Shown here: piece by piece, positions 16,312-25,293 of the stretch
Layout of the letters: each line of letters starts with the position of its first letter
Position numbering within the stretch: position 1 is the stretch's first letter
NCBI GenBank assembly: GCA_002311865.1
Contig: DBZV01000104.1
Location: 6,881-39,678 of the forward strand
DNA from: Dehalococcoidia bacterium UBA1151
GTDB lineage: Bacteria > Chloroflexota > Dehalococcoidia > Lucifugimonadales > Lucifugimonadaceae
Reading direction: 5' to 3'
DNA length: 32,798 nt
The notes under the pieces: model-generated
Seen by the model: only the letters and a program-made list of their open reading frames with translations
Database searches by the model: none
What the model was told of the DNA's origin: nothing
Program-made: the position numbers and the translations under genes

Positions 16312-16348
16312 CCCCTCACCCCAATCCTCTCCTGCGAGTGAAGAGGAG
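16312..16348 (-). repeat. REP-like intergenic palindromic element, copy A (inverted orientation)
   Basis: CCCCTCACCCCAATCCTCTCC plus the hairpin CCTCT/AGAGG. CCCTCACCCCAATCCTCTCC matches the reverse complement of GGAGAGGGTTAGGGTGAGGG (copy B) at 18 of 20 positions by hand alignment. It lies between the convergent DUF1385 and hisIE stops. Confidence 0.55.
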
Positions 16349-16356
16349 TGAAGAAG

Positions 16357-16971
16357 TTACTTCCGGCGCGCTCTCAACTCTGCCCAGACTAGATCGGGGT
16401 CGATCTCTGCGTCTTCCATTAGTACGAGGCAGTGGTAGAACAGATCGCCAAGTTCTTCGGCTGCGCGCTGAGGATCATCGCCGAGGCCGGCAATCGAGGC
16501 CTCTCCGGCCTCTTCGATGACCTTTTGAGCGATACGTGCGCGCCCGTCTGCAAACAGTGACGTAGTGTACGAGCCTTCTTTTGGATTTCGCTTGCGATCG
16601 GCAATCACCGCGCCTAATTCGGCCAGCACGCCAGGACCTAGCGCGGTTTCATTTGCGCCAGTGTCTGGATTGGCGTGGTCCAGGAAGCATGATGTCTCGC
16701 CAGTGTGGCACGCTGGGCCGGTAGGATTTACCTTCACCAGAATCGCATCGGCATCGCAGTCTTCGACGACGCTAACGACCTTCAGGTAATTCCCTGACGT
16801 CTCGCCTTTGTGCCATAGCTCGTTGCGCGACCGACTGAAGAACCAGACGTCTGGCCCCTCGATGGTCTTCTCCAGCGCTCCCTGATTCATATAGGCGAGG
16901 GTAAGTACGGTGCCTGTGTCAGCGTCCTGGACTATTGCCGGAATGAGGCCGGCGTCATTGAACTTAACCAT
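16357..16971 (-). CDS. hisIE: Bifunctional phosphoribosyl-AMP cyclohydrolase / phosphoribosyl-ATP diphosphatase
   Basis: HisI part: [26 protein letters not shown]...[19 protein letters not shown]...[25 protein letters not shown]. HisE part: [25 protein letters not shown]...KVIEEAGE...[13 protein letters not shown]. Confidence 0.9.
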   Translation of the reverse strand: MVKFNDAGLIPAIVQDADTGTVLTLAYMNQGALEKTIEGPDVWFFSRSRNELWHKGETSGNYLKVVSVVEDCDADAILVKVNPTGPACHTGETSCFLDHANPDTGANETALGPGVLAELGAVIADRKRNPKEGSYTTSLFADGRARIAQKVIEEAGEASIAGLGDDPQRAAEELGDLFYHCLVLMEDAEIDPDLVWAELRARRK

Positions 16972-16998
16972 GGTCAGATTGCCTCTTGTGGGCTTCTG

Positions 16999-17712
16999 CT
17001 ACTCCGCCGCCAGATTAACGAGTTCCAGTAGCGACTTGATCTCCTGAACCGGGCGCACCCGGCCGTCGAACTCTCGATTGTCCCGGTTGATCCATACAGT
17101 CTGCATGCCTACCTGCGATGCGCCGTAGACATCGTCCCAGAGATGGTCGCCAACGTACCAGCACGATTTAGGCGGCAGTCCCAGCTTGTTCAGGATGCGC
17201 TTGAACGCCTCCGGGTGAGGCTTGTAGATGCGTGCAGACTCTGAACTGAACACCGACTCAAACTGAAGCCCGTGCTCCTTGATCAGCGGAAGCACAAAGG
17301 CGTCATCTGCGTTAGAGAATATCGCCAGCCTGAATGTCTCGCCGAGTTTGGCGATCGCTTCCACCGTCTCCGGGTACGGATCGCGCTTCGCCATGTGCTC
17401 GACTGAGCGCTTCGCCGCAAGTGCTGCGTCACCATCGATCTTGTCCTCATTGAACACCATTTGAAAGCACTCCAACCACGCCTGTTCATACGGCTTGAAG
17501 GATGGGTTATTGCCCGGATCCTCCATGTTTGTCCGGGATGCACGGAAGTTCACCTCAAAGACCTTCCAGCGCTTCCACAGTTCCGCGCCATCGTAAGGTA
17601 GCTTCTGCTCGGCTGAAATGTCGGCGAACGCCTCTTGCCAGCGCTCAGGGCTGTTGGCAAACAGCGTATCGTATACGTCGAATATGATCGCTTCAGGCCT
17701 TGTCAGGCTCAT
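16999..17712 (-). CDS. HAD superfamily hydrolase, haloacid-dehalogenase-like subfamily (motif I is DxYDT)
   Basis: Motif I is IIFDVYDTLF, motif II IFSNAD, motif III the Lys in IYKPHPEAF, and motif IV YVGDHLWDDVYGA. It is embedded between hisF and hisIE. Confidence 0.75.
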   Translation of the reverse strand: MSLTRPEAIIFDVYDTLFANSPERWQEAFADISAEQKLPYDGAELWKRWKVFEVNFRASRTNMEDPGNNPSFKPYEQAWLECFQMVFNEDKIDGDAALAAKRSVEHMAKRDPYPETVEAIAKLGETFRLAIFSNADDAFVLPLIKEHGLQFESVFSSESARIYKPHPEAFKRILNKLGLPPKSCWYVGDHLWDDVYGASQVGMQTVWINRDNREFDGRVRPVQEIKSLLELVNLAAE

Positions 17713-17735
17713 CGGTGCTCCCGTGCATTGTCGGA

Positions 17736-18554
17736 TTAGGTTTGCGGCTCGAACGGCCTTACGGGCACATTCCGCTCCGCCAGGTAAGCCTTCGCCTCTG
17801 CGATGGTGTACTCACCGTAATGAAATATTGTTGCAGCCAGCACCGCGTCAGCTTCGCCTTCCGACATAGCATCGTGCAGGTGCTCGAGGTTGCCCGCTCC
17901 ACCGCTGGCGATGACCGGCACATTGACCGCACGGGATATCGCTCGCGTCAGTGCCAGGTCATAGCCGTTTTTCTGGCCGTCCTCATCCATGCTCGTTAGC
18001 AATATCTCGCCCGCGCCAAGTTCAGTTCCCAGTTTGGCCCACTTCACTGCGTCTAATGCGGTGGGGCGCCGTCCTCCGTGTGTGTAGACACGCCAGCCGG
18101 ATTCCGCGGGCACGGGCTCTTCGCCTTCCAACGCCACAAACCCGGAGTCAGGCTCCCGCTTGGCGTCGATCGCCAGCACGATGCACTGTGCACCAAACTC
18201 GGCAGATGCCTCAGCGATCAGCTCTGGCCTTTCGACCGCCGCACTGTTTATGGACACCTTGTCCGCGCCCGCTTCCAGCATCCGGCGCACGTCTTCAACC
18301 GACCGAATGCCACCGCCGACCGTCAGGGGAATGAATACCTGTGATGAGACGCGTTGGACCACGTCGACCATAGTGTCGCGCGCGTCTGAACTGGCGGTGA
18401 TATCCAGAAAGACGAGTTCATCTGCGCCCTCCCGGTTGTATCGTTCCGCAAGCTCTGCCGGATCACCAGCATCACGCAGATTCACGAAACTGGTTCCCTT
18501 TACGACGCGGCCCTGATCAATATCCAGGCAGGGAATAATTCGTCTTGTCAGCAT
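17736..18554 (-). CDS. hisF: Imidazole glycerol phosphate synthase, cyclase subunit
   Basis: [20 protein letters not shown]...[11 protein letters not shown]...VGGGIRS...[11 protein letters not shown]...[14 protein letters not shown]...PVIASGGAG. Confidence 0.95.
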   Translation of the reverse strand: MLTRRIIPCLDIDQGRVVKGTSFVNLRDAGDPAELAERYNREGADELVFLDITASSDARDTMVDVVQRVSSQVFIPLTVGGGIRSVEDVRRMLEAGADKVSINSAAVERPELIAEASAEFGAQCIVLAIDAKREPDSGFVALEGEEPVPAESGWRVYTHGGRRPTALDAVKWAKLGTELGAGEILLTSMDEDGQKNGYDLALTRAISRAVNVPVIASGGAGNLEHLHDAMSEGEADAVLAATIFHYGEYTIAEAKAYLAERNVPVRPFEPQT

Positions 18555-18566
18555 TGGAGCCGCGTT

Positions 18567-19181
18567 TTAGCGCGAGAGGAGAACGACGTACTCGTAATGA
18601 TTCATGTCGTAAGTCGAAATGATCTTGAACCCTGCTTCAGTTGCCGCGGCGACCGCGTCGTCGCGTGACAATCGAGCGTCGGTTGGAGGCCCAACCTCCA
18701 TGTCCTCTTTGCGCCAGTCGATGATGGCTCCCCAGCCGCCGCGTCTTAGCGCACGCCGAGTTTCCTTGAGTAGTGCACCGGGATTGTTGGCCTCATGCAG
18801 TGAGTTGACCAACAGAGCGCCGTCGATGGAATCATCATCCAACGGGAGCTTGGACTCCTTGGAGAGATGCATTATGCCGTTGGTAAGGCGCGCCTCGTCC
18901 AGCCCTAGCTGGACCTTGTCTAGCATCTCCTGCTGAACGTCGACGGCGTGGATCTTGCCGTCAAACGCGTACTTGGCCAACGGGATGGTGAAGTAGCCGG
19001 GGCCACAGCCAATGTCTGCAATCTCCTGGTACACCCGCATTGGCAGGTAGCCGAACACTATCTGGGGATCGAGAATCGCGGCCCTTGACGGTGCCAGAAG
19101 TTCGTCGGCTCTTTCGACCGGGAATTTCTTCAGGTGCTTGCGGCTCGCCGAGGTTTTCTTGATCGTGGTAGCTGGGGACAT
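18567..19181 (-). CDS. Class I SAM-dependent methyltransferase (Methyltransf_11/25-like), substrate unknown
   Basis: SAM motif I is IADIGCGPGYFTIPLA, followed by KIHAVDVQQEML, DGALLVNSLHE and LRRGGWGAIIDW. Its ATG directly abuts the hisA stop with no spacer. Confidence 0.8.
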   Translation of the reverse strand: MSPATTIKKTSASRKHLKKFPVERADELLAPSRAAILDPQIVFGYLPMRVYQEIADIGCGPGYFTIPLAKYAFDGKIHAVDVQQEMLDKVQLGLDEARLTNGIMHLSKESKLPLDDDSIDGALLVNSLHEANNPGALLKETRRALRRGGWGAIIDWRKEDMEVGPPTDARLSRDDAVAAATEAGFKIISTYDMNHYEYVVLLSR

Positions 19182-19910
19182 TCAGATGTTCTCCTGAAGC
19201 TTCCTGATGGCGGCCTTGAGGTCAATGGCGCCGGTATAAATTGCAGTGCCTGTAACGGCTGCCTCAGCACCTGTGCCTGCTACTGCCAGCAGGTCATCTA
19301 ATTGGGCGATGCCGCCCGCGGCGATCAACGATATTTCTGTGTTACTCAGTATATCTGTGATGCCATTCACATTGGGGCCACGCATCATGCCATCTCTGGC
19401 AATGTCCGTGTATATCACACGCACAACGCCGTACCCAATCATCTCTGCGATCAGATCAGACGCTTTTCTTCCTGAATCTTCCTGCCAGCCTCTTGTGGCA
19501 ACGATGCCATTACGAGCGTCAATACCTGCGATTACGTGTTGCCCGCCGTGCTTCGACACCGTTGCGGCCACGTCATCTGGCCTTTCCACGGCGGCGGTGC
19601 CGAAGATCACTCGGTCCACGCCCAGGCCCAGAAGCTCATCGGCGTCTGCTGCGGTACGAATTCCACCGCCCACCTGAATTGGCACTCCAACTGAGCGCGC
19701 GATAGCCGCAACAACCGTCGCATTACCGCGTTTCCCATCTTTTGCGCCGTCCAGATCAACTACGTGGATGCGGGATGCTCCCTCTTCCACCCAGTGCGCG
19801 GCCATACCGACAGGATCATCGGAGAAGGTCGTTTTCCGGTCGTAATCGCCCTGCACAAGTCGGACGCACTTGCCATCGATCAGGTCGATGGCCGGTATTA
19901 CTTCCATCAA
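19182..19910 (-). CDS. hisA: 1-(5-phosphoribosyl)-5-[(5-phosphoribosylamino)methylideneamino]imidazole-4-carboxamide isomerase
   Basis: VIPAIDLIDGKCVRLVQGDYDRKT...IHVVDLDGA...VGGGIR...VIYTDIARDGMMRGPN...AAGGI. Confidence 0.9.
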   Translation of the reverse strand: MMEVIPAIDLIDGKCVRLVQGDYDRKTTFSDDPVGMAAHWVEEGASRIHVVDLDGAKDGKRGNATVVAAIARSVGVPIQVGGGIRTAADADELLGLGVDRVIFGTAAVERPDDVAATVSKHGGQHVIAGIDARNGIVATRGWQEDSGRKASDLIAEMIGYGVVRVIYTDIARDGMMRGPNVNGITDILSNTEISLIAAGGIAQLDDLLAVAGTGAEAAVTGTAIYTGAIDLKAAIRKLQENI

Positions 19911-20578
19911 TTCGCCTTCACGCCGCTGGCGCTGAGGGAGAGATCGACGAATCTGCGGTAGATATCGAGACCCCTGTCCTGGCTCTTCTCAGGGTGAAAC
20001 TGTGTGCCGATAACGTTGTCGCGCGCAACCACGGCGCAGATCGTTGAACCGTAGTTTGTTACCGCCACCACATCGTCCTCTGAGGCCGGTATGCACTCGT
20101 AGCTGTGTACAAAATAGAAGTGTGTATCCTGGGGCGTTCCATCGAATATCTGCGGCACTTCATTACCCGGTCGGATGAACTGGACCGCATTCCAGCCCAT
20201 GTGTGGAATTTTTCGGGATACCCCATCCACCGACGGCTGCATTTCCCGCACAATTCCCGGGATCAGGCTGAGACCCGGCAACTGGCCCTCTTCGGATGAG
20301 TCGAAGAGCACCTGCATGCCCAGGCACACGCCAAGCACCGGCTTCCCCGTCAAAGCGAATTCTTTGATGGGATTAACAAGATCAAGCCGCATGAGCGCTC
20401 TCATGGCGGCATCGCTCGCCCCGACACCGGGCAGCACAATGCCTGCCGCGCCCATCAGTTCGGCAGCATCGGCAGTGACTCTTGCATCGGCTCCAACTTT
20501 CTGGAGAGCCTTATCGACACTGTGGATATTTGCCGCGGTGTGGTTGACCACCGCGATGTAGCCGTTTTCACTGTTCAT
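19907..20578 (-). CDS. hisH: Imidazole glycerol phosphate synthase, glutamine amidotransferase subunit
   Basis: IAVVNHTAANIHSVDKAL...LPGVGA...PVLGVCLGMQVLF (nucleophile Cys)...PHMGWN...FYFVHSY...GTQFHPEKS. It overlaps hisA by 4 nt. Confidence 0.9.
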   Translation of the reverse strand: MNSENGYIAVVNHTAANIHSVDKALQKVGADARVTADAAELMGAAGIVLPGVGASDAAMRALMRLDLVNPIKEFALTGKPVLGVCLGMQVLFDSSEEGQLPGLSLIPGIVREMQPSVDGVSRKIPHMGWNAVQFIRPGNEVPQIFDGTPQDTHFYFVHSYECIPASEDDVVAVTNYGSTICAVVARDNVIGTQFHPEKSQDRGLDIYRRFVDLSLSASGVKAN

Positions 20579-20777
20579 GGGGTGTAAATATAGATCGAAG
20601 AGGTTTGATTTTGCATCTAATGAAAGTGTAACGCGTGCGGAACGGCATCATGAACTCTCGAATTTCGAAATTGAGTTCGTATGACGATTAACAAATCCGC
20701 AGTAGAATAGACAATGTACACAAGCAACAAACTCCATTGACGGTGCGAATTCACCGGCAAACTTGAGGACTTAGCAA

Positions 20778-21137
20778 TTGGTCACCAGCGGCAACCCCAC
20801 AATTCCCGCCAACACAATTCAGGTCACAGCAAAGGCTGCGAAGAAAGTTCGCCAGTTTGCTGAGGGCGATGGTATGGAGACGTTTGGCCTTAAGGTCGCG
20901 GTAAAAGGTGGCGGCTGTTCAGGTCTGACGTACGTCCTGGATATCGTTGAGGGCCCTGAAGAAGATGACAAAGTCATCGAGCAGAACGGTATTGAGGTCT
21001 ACGTGCCCAAGAAGGCGTACATATACCTGGCCGGAACGGAACTCGATTTCAGCGATGGTCTCAACGGTAAAGGGTTCGTCTTCAACAACCCCAACGCCAC
21101 GAAGACCTGCGGCTGTGGCGAATCGTTTGGTGTTTAG
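20778..21137 (+). CDS. Iron-sulfur cluster insertion/assembly protein, HesB/IscA/ErpA family
   Basis: LKVAVKGGGCSGLTY...FVFNNPNATKTCGCGESFGV gives the three-Cys signature. TTG start with GAGGA 8 nt upstream. Confidence 0.85.
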   Translation: MVTSGNPTIPANTIQVTAKAAKKVRQFAEGDGMETFGLKVAVKGGGCSGLTYVLDIVEGPEEDDKVIEQNGIEVYVPKKAYIYLAGTELDFSDGLNGKGFVFNNPNATKTCGCGESFGV

Positions 21138-21187
21138 GCGGCATTTAGGCGGCGTATAGACACGCACTCAAGTAAGGTCGGCGCAAG

Positions 21188-22231
21188 TTGACCACGACCA
21201 ACTCGCTCACTTATTCGCCCCTTCGGGATGCTTATCCTGAAGGCGCGTCGTACTCCGACATTGGCGATCGTCAGGTAGTCGCGCACTTTAGCGATGCAGA
21301 TGCCGAATACGAGGCAATTGCCTCTGGCGCAACGATCACTGATCACTCGCATCTTGGACGGCTAACGCAGGTTGGGTCTGACGCGATCGATCTTCTCCAC
21401 CGCGTCACCACAGCCAACATTGAAGCGATCCCCGTTGGTGGCTCGACACGCACAATCCTCGCCTCAGATCGGGGGCGAATCGTGGATGTGTTCCGTGTCG
21501 TCCGCACCGGCGATGAAGAGCTTCTGCTGTTGGGCAGTGGCCTGTTCAAGTCGAACCTCATAGAGATGATCGAGTTCTACACGATCATCGAAGACTCCAC
21601 ACTGACCGACGTATCGGAATCGATGCTTCAACTTGCGCTGGCCGGACCTGAAGCGGAATCGCTGCTTGCATCTCTCGTTCCCGCGATAAGTGAACTTACG
21701 GCAGGTGGGATTACGGATGTCGATGGTGTCCGATATCTCAGAGCAACATCAGATGAGGCCGAAGAGTTTCATCTACTTATGCCTGCTGACAGCGGAGCCG
21801 AACTCTGGAAGCGGCTGACCGATGCCGGATTCACTCCTATTGGCTCACAAGCGATTCATCGGCGCAGAATCGACCTCGGAATTCCATGTGCCGGAGACGA
21901 CTACAGCGACCGAACCAACCCGCTCGAAGTGGGCCTGATGGACCTCATCGACTTCGACAAAGGCTGTTACGTGGGCCAGGAAGTAGTCGCACGGCTCGAC
22001 ACGTACGACAAAGTGCAACGGACAATCGTCAAGGTGAGTTCTGACGATGCGCTAATCTCAGGTGAAGATGTCAAACTCGGCACCCGAACCGTGGGGACGA
22101 TCGGCTCGGTGATATCTGACGCCGACGGCACAACGGCCCTTGCACTCATCCGAAATGAGTTCGCAGACGGTGCAACCGCTCTGGCTACGGAGTCTGGCAC
22201 ACCCATCGTGATATCGCACCGCGATCAGTAA
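21188..22231 (+). CDS. ygfZ: Folate-binding YgfZ/CAF17 family protein (GcvT-like fold)
   Basis: HLGRL...GSDAIDLLHRVTTANI, plus the family signature KGCYVGQEVVARL. It is adjacent to the IscA-family gene, as is common. Confidence 0.75.
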   Translation: MTTTNSLTYSPLRDAYPEGASYSDIGDRQVVAHFSDADAEYEAIASGATITDHSHLGRLTQVGSDAIDLLHRVTTANIEAIPVGGSTRTILASDRGRIVDVFRVVRTGDEELLLLGSGLFKSNLIEMIEFYTIIEDSTLTDVSESMLQLALAGPEAESLLASLVPAISELTAGGITDVDGVRYLRATSDEAEEFHLLMPADSGAELWKRLTDAGFTPIGSQAIHRRRIDLGIPCAGDDYSDRTNPLEVGLMDLIDFDKGCYVGQEVVARLDTYDKVQRTIVKVSSDDALISGEDVKLGTRTVGTIGSVISDADGTTALALIRNEFADGATALATESGTPIVISHRDQ

Positions 22232-22244
22232 CAGTTTCGCTGTG

Positions 22245-23015
22245 TTAGCGGTATACGAGCATTTCGCCGCCGTCGATCAGCAGCACTTGTCCGCGGACCA
22301 TAGACGCATCTTCGCTGCATAGCCATGCGACGGCTTTAGCCACGTCTGTAGGCACAACCGGCCTTCCCGCTGGTGTTGGGCGGGCGGCGAACTTCTTAAC
22401 GCTGGCCTCATCGTCGAACGCTTTGAGGGCGTCGGTCATGATGAAGCTGGCCGATACGGCGTTCACGGCAATATTCCGAGGCGCTAAATCCAGAGCGAGA
22501 TACCGGGTGAGGGCCTCTAGGGCAGCTTTAGACACGCCAACGACAAAGTAGTCGCTGAACGGCCGGGTAGAGCCCGGGCTTGAGACGTTTACAATCTTTC
22601 CACCGTTTGGCATCATTTCCGCAGCCGCTTTGGAGCAGAGCCATGGCGCACGGGCGTTGATGTCCATGGTCCAGTCCCAATGCTTGGTCTGAAGCTCCGT
22701 TGCTGGCTTCATCACGCCAGAAGCGGCGTTGTTTACGAGAATATCGAGTTTCCCGAACTCGTCGTTGATCTTCTCAAACAGCGAAGTGATTGCGTCCTCA
22801 TCACCAAGATGCGCTCGTGTGGAGAAGCATTTCACGCCCAATTCTTCTATCGCTGCATGCGCTTCGCGCGCCGCTTTGTGATTGCGGAAGTAGTTGAACG
22901 CAATATCAGCCCCGCGCCCGGCGAGTTCCCGCGCGATGGCGTTGCCAATACCTCTGGAGCCGCCTGTAATCAGTGCGACTTTACCTGCGAGAGGCTTGCT
23001 ATCAGCGTTGTTCAT
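22245..23015 (-). CDS. fabL: Enoyl-[acyl-carrier-protein] reductase, FabL type (SDR)
   Basis: Strong resemblance to my recollection of Bacillus FabL: ITGGSRGIG, NNAASGVMKPATELQTKHWDWTMDINARA, VGVSKAALEALTRYLALDLAPRNIAVNAVSASFIMTDALKAF and MVRGQVLLIDGG. Confidence 0.75.
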   Translation of the reverse strand: MNNADSKPLAGKVALITGGSRGIGNAIARELAGRGADIAFNYFRNHKAAREAHAAIEELGVKCFSTRAHLGDEDAITSLFEKINDEFGKLDILVNNAASGVMKPATELQTKHWDWTMDINARAPWLCSKAAAEMMPNGGKIVNVSSPGSTRPFSDYFVVGVSKAALEALTRYLALDLAPRNIAVNAVSASFIMTDALKAFDDEASVKKFAARPTPAGRPVVPTDVAKAVAWLCSEDASMVRGQVLLIDGGEMLVYR

Positions 23016-23036
23016 TTTGGGATCCTTGGCAGGCCG

Positions 23037-23780
23037 CTAGATGGCCAGTCCGCCGTCAACGCGCAGAACCTCGCCATTGATGTAGGCGGCGTCTTCACTG
23101 GCAATGAAGGCAATGGCTGCAGCAATCTCATCTGGTTGCCCAAACCTATTGGCAAATATTCTGCCCATCACCTGCTCCTTGACGGAGTCTTTCAGGTCAT
23201 TTACGGTGGCCGTCTCCACGTAGCCAGGGGCCACCGCATTGACCGTAACATTTCTGCGGGCAACTTCCTTCGCCAACGAGTACGTGAAGGTGTGGATCGC
23301 GCCCTTTGAGGCGGAGTAGTTGACCTGGCCCGCATTGCCTCGAAGTCCCACCACTGATGTGACATTAATTATTCGACCCCAACGGGCGCTGACCATCGGC
23401 GCGATAACGGCACGGGAACAGTAGTACGTCCCGAATGTATTGACCTGCATTACACGCTCGAACTGGTCGTCTTTCATTCGCATGAAGAGCGTGTCATCGA
23501 TGATGCCAGCGTTGTTGACCATGATCTCGATGGGTCCCAGTGCCTCGATGGTGGCGTCGATCATGGCTTTGACTTGATCTTTATCGCCCACGTCCGCCTG
23601 AACCGTGAATGCAGTACCGCCAGCGGACGTGATCTCTTTCTTGAGATCTTCTGCCTCATCGCCGTGGGTGCGATAGTTGATCCCAATCCGGTGACCAGCA
23701 GCAGCCAGGCGCCGTGCCGCGGCTTTGCCGATTCCTCTGGATGCCCCTGTAATGAGAACTGTTCTTGGCGTGTCAGCCAA
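23037..23780 (-). CDS. fabG: 3-oxoacyl-[acyl-carrier-protein] reductase
   Basis: LITGASRGIGKA, NNAGI, YSASKGAIHTFTYSLAKEVARRNVTVNAVAPGYVET and GEVLRVDGG. It sits between plsX and fabL. Confidence 0.8.
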   Translation of the reverse strand: MADTPRTVLITGASRGIGKAAARRLAAAGHRIGINYRTHGDEAEDLKKEITSAGGTAFTVQADVGDKDQVKAMIDATIEALGPIEIMVNNAGIIDDTLFMRMKDDQFERVMQVNTFGTYYCSRAVIAPMVSARWGRIINVTSVVGLRGNAGQVNYSASKGAIHTFTYSLAKEVARRNVTVNAVAPGYVETATVNDLKDSVKEQVMGRIFANRFGQPDEIAAAIAFIASEDAAYINGEVLRVDGGLAI

Positions 23781-23813
23781 TGAAGCATGCCTTCCTGGCG
23801 GGTTGTTCGTCTT

Positions 23814-24848
23814 TTATCCTGCGCCGGTCGATTGGCTGTCGCTAGCCGTTTGACTTTCCCGCATCGCGGTTACTTCTTTTTCTGCAATCGCAACAAAGTC
23901 GGTCTCCACTGCTTCGCGCGCGGTGTGTATCGCTTGAGATATCTCGCGAGCACCGGCTTTGCCGTGGCCAACTATGGCTACTCCGCGAACTCCCAGCAAA
24001 GGTCCACCGCCGTACCGCATGACAGGATTCGTGAGCGCAAAAACCTTATCGGCCAATTCGTTAAGTTCAGTAGAAGAATCGTACTCCCTAATCAATGTGG
24101 AGAGTGCGGATCCCAGTGATTCCGTCAGCTTCATGACTACGTTGCCAGTGAATCCATCGGCAATGACAACATCAGCGGAATCGAACGGGAGATCGCTGGC
24201 TTCTACATTCCCAATGAAGTTCAGATGAGACGCTTTCAGGATTTCAGTCGTCTCTTTGACGAATTTGTTCCCTTTGCCTTCCTCAGCACCCACGCTGAGT
24301 AGCGCTACCCTGGGATTCTCGACTCCAACCAGTAGTCGGGACATCGTTGCCCCCAGCGCGGCGAAGTCTGCGGCTGCGGAGGGCTTCACGTCCACGTTGA
24401 CGCCAACATCGAAGATCATCGTGTTTGGTGAGAGTCCGATAATCGGCCCACCAAGCGTTCCGCGCTCGATGCCTTCGAACGTGCCGAACAGGAAACTTGC
24501 CGCGGCGATTGTTCCGCCGCTGGAGCCCATGCTGACGACGGCGTCTGCGATGCCGCGTTTCACACGATTGGTGGCGACAAAAATGGATGCGCGCGGCTTT
24601 GACCTGAATGCCAACGCGGGAGCTTCGCCCTCTTCCACCACGCCGGTGGAACCGTAGATAGTTATGGGGAGATCATCCACGCCATCGTGCTTCGCCAGCT
24701 CGGCGCGGATAACTTCCTCATCACCGACCAGGATCACCTCAACGCCACCCTTGAGGACGGCCTCGATGGCGCCCTTTACGGGCTCCTCTGGCGCAAAATC
24801 ACCGCCCATAGCATCCAGAGAGATGGTAATCAGTCCATCTTTAGCCAC
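23814..24848 (-). CDS. plsX: Phosphate acyltransferase PlsX
   Basis: ISLDAMGGDFAPEEPVKGA, ADAVVSMGSSGG, LLSVGAEEGKGN, ADVVIADGFTGNVVMK and PLLGVRGVAIVGHG. Confidence 0.9.
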   Translation of the reverse strand: MAKDGLITISLDAMGGDFAPEEPVKGAIEAVLKGGVEVILVGDEEVIRAELAKHDGVDDLPITIYGSTGVVEEGEAPALAFRSKPRASIFVATNRVKRGIADAVVSMGSSGGTIAAASFLFGTFEGIERGTLGGPIIGLSPNTMIFDVGVNVDVKPSAAADFAALGATMSRLLVGVENPRVALLSVGAEEGKGNKFVKETTEILKASHLNFIGNVEASDLPFDSADVVIADGFTGNVVMKLTESLGSALSTLIREYDSSTELNELADKVFALTNPVMRYGGGPLLGVRGVAIVGHGKAGAREISQAIHTAREAVETDFVAIAEKEVTAMRESQTASDSQSTGAG

Positions 24849-24882
24849 TTTGTGCCTCCATGGGCGTCCGTGCTGTCATCAT

Positions 24883-25293
24883 CTAGATCCGAACCGTCGC
24901 CGTGCCGGTAATCGCCTCGGTATCGTCCGGTTTGACGCACACAACCGTGCACGTCACCGTCTCTTCACCGTCCGAGTCCGACACCCTGGTCACTTCACCC
25001 GAAATCTTGACCGTCTCGCCGGGAAAAATTGGCGCCTTGAATCGGACCTTCAAACCACCTGAGCGGCCCCACGAATCAGGGAACGCCAGACTCAGCATCT
25101 CAGAGACGAACCCCAAACCAAGCATCCCGTGCGCAATACGCTTCCCAAACTGCGTTCCCGCGGCAAAGTCAGCATCCAGGTGAATTGGGCTCCAATCATG
25201 CGCCGCGTCTGCGTAAGCGTTCACTTGTTCTTGAGTCACAGTTTTGGTGACTTCAGGCAAGCTCTGCCCCTCTACCCAGTTGTTTCTGGTCAT
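24883..25293 (-). CDS. MaoC-family (R)-specific dehydratase, catalytic hot-dog subunit (HadB-like)
   Basis: Hydratase-2-like motif YADAAHDWSPIHLDADFA, with Asp and His retained, followed by RIAHGML. 136 aa. Confidence 0.75.
   Translation of the reverse strand: MTRNNWVEGQSLPEVTKTVTQEQVNAYADAAHDWSPIHLDADFAAGTQFGKRIAHGMLGLGFVSEMLSLAFPDSWGRSGGLKVRFKAPIFPGETVKISGEVTRVSDSDGEETVTCTVVCVKPDDTEAITGTATVRI

Noticed and set aside
16999-17712. The HAD hydrolase in the his operon as the missing histidinol-phosphate phosphatase.
   Set aside because: Motif I reads DVYDT, with Tyr at the Asp+2 position. That resembles haloacid dehalogenase-type members (DxYGT). HAD phosphatases use a second Asp at that position as the general acid. 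The idea is not excluded, but the sequence does not support it.
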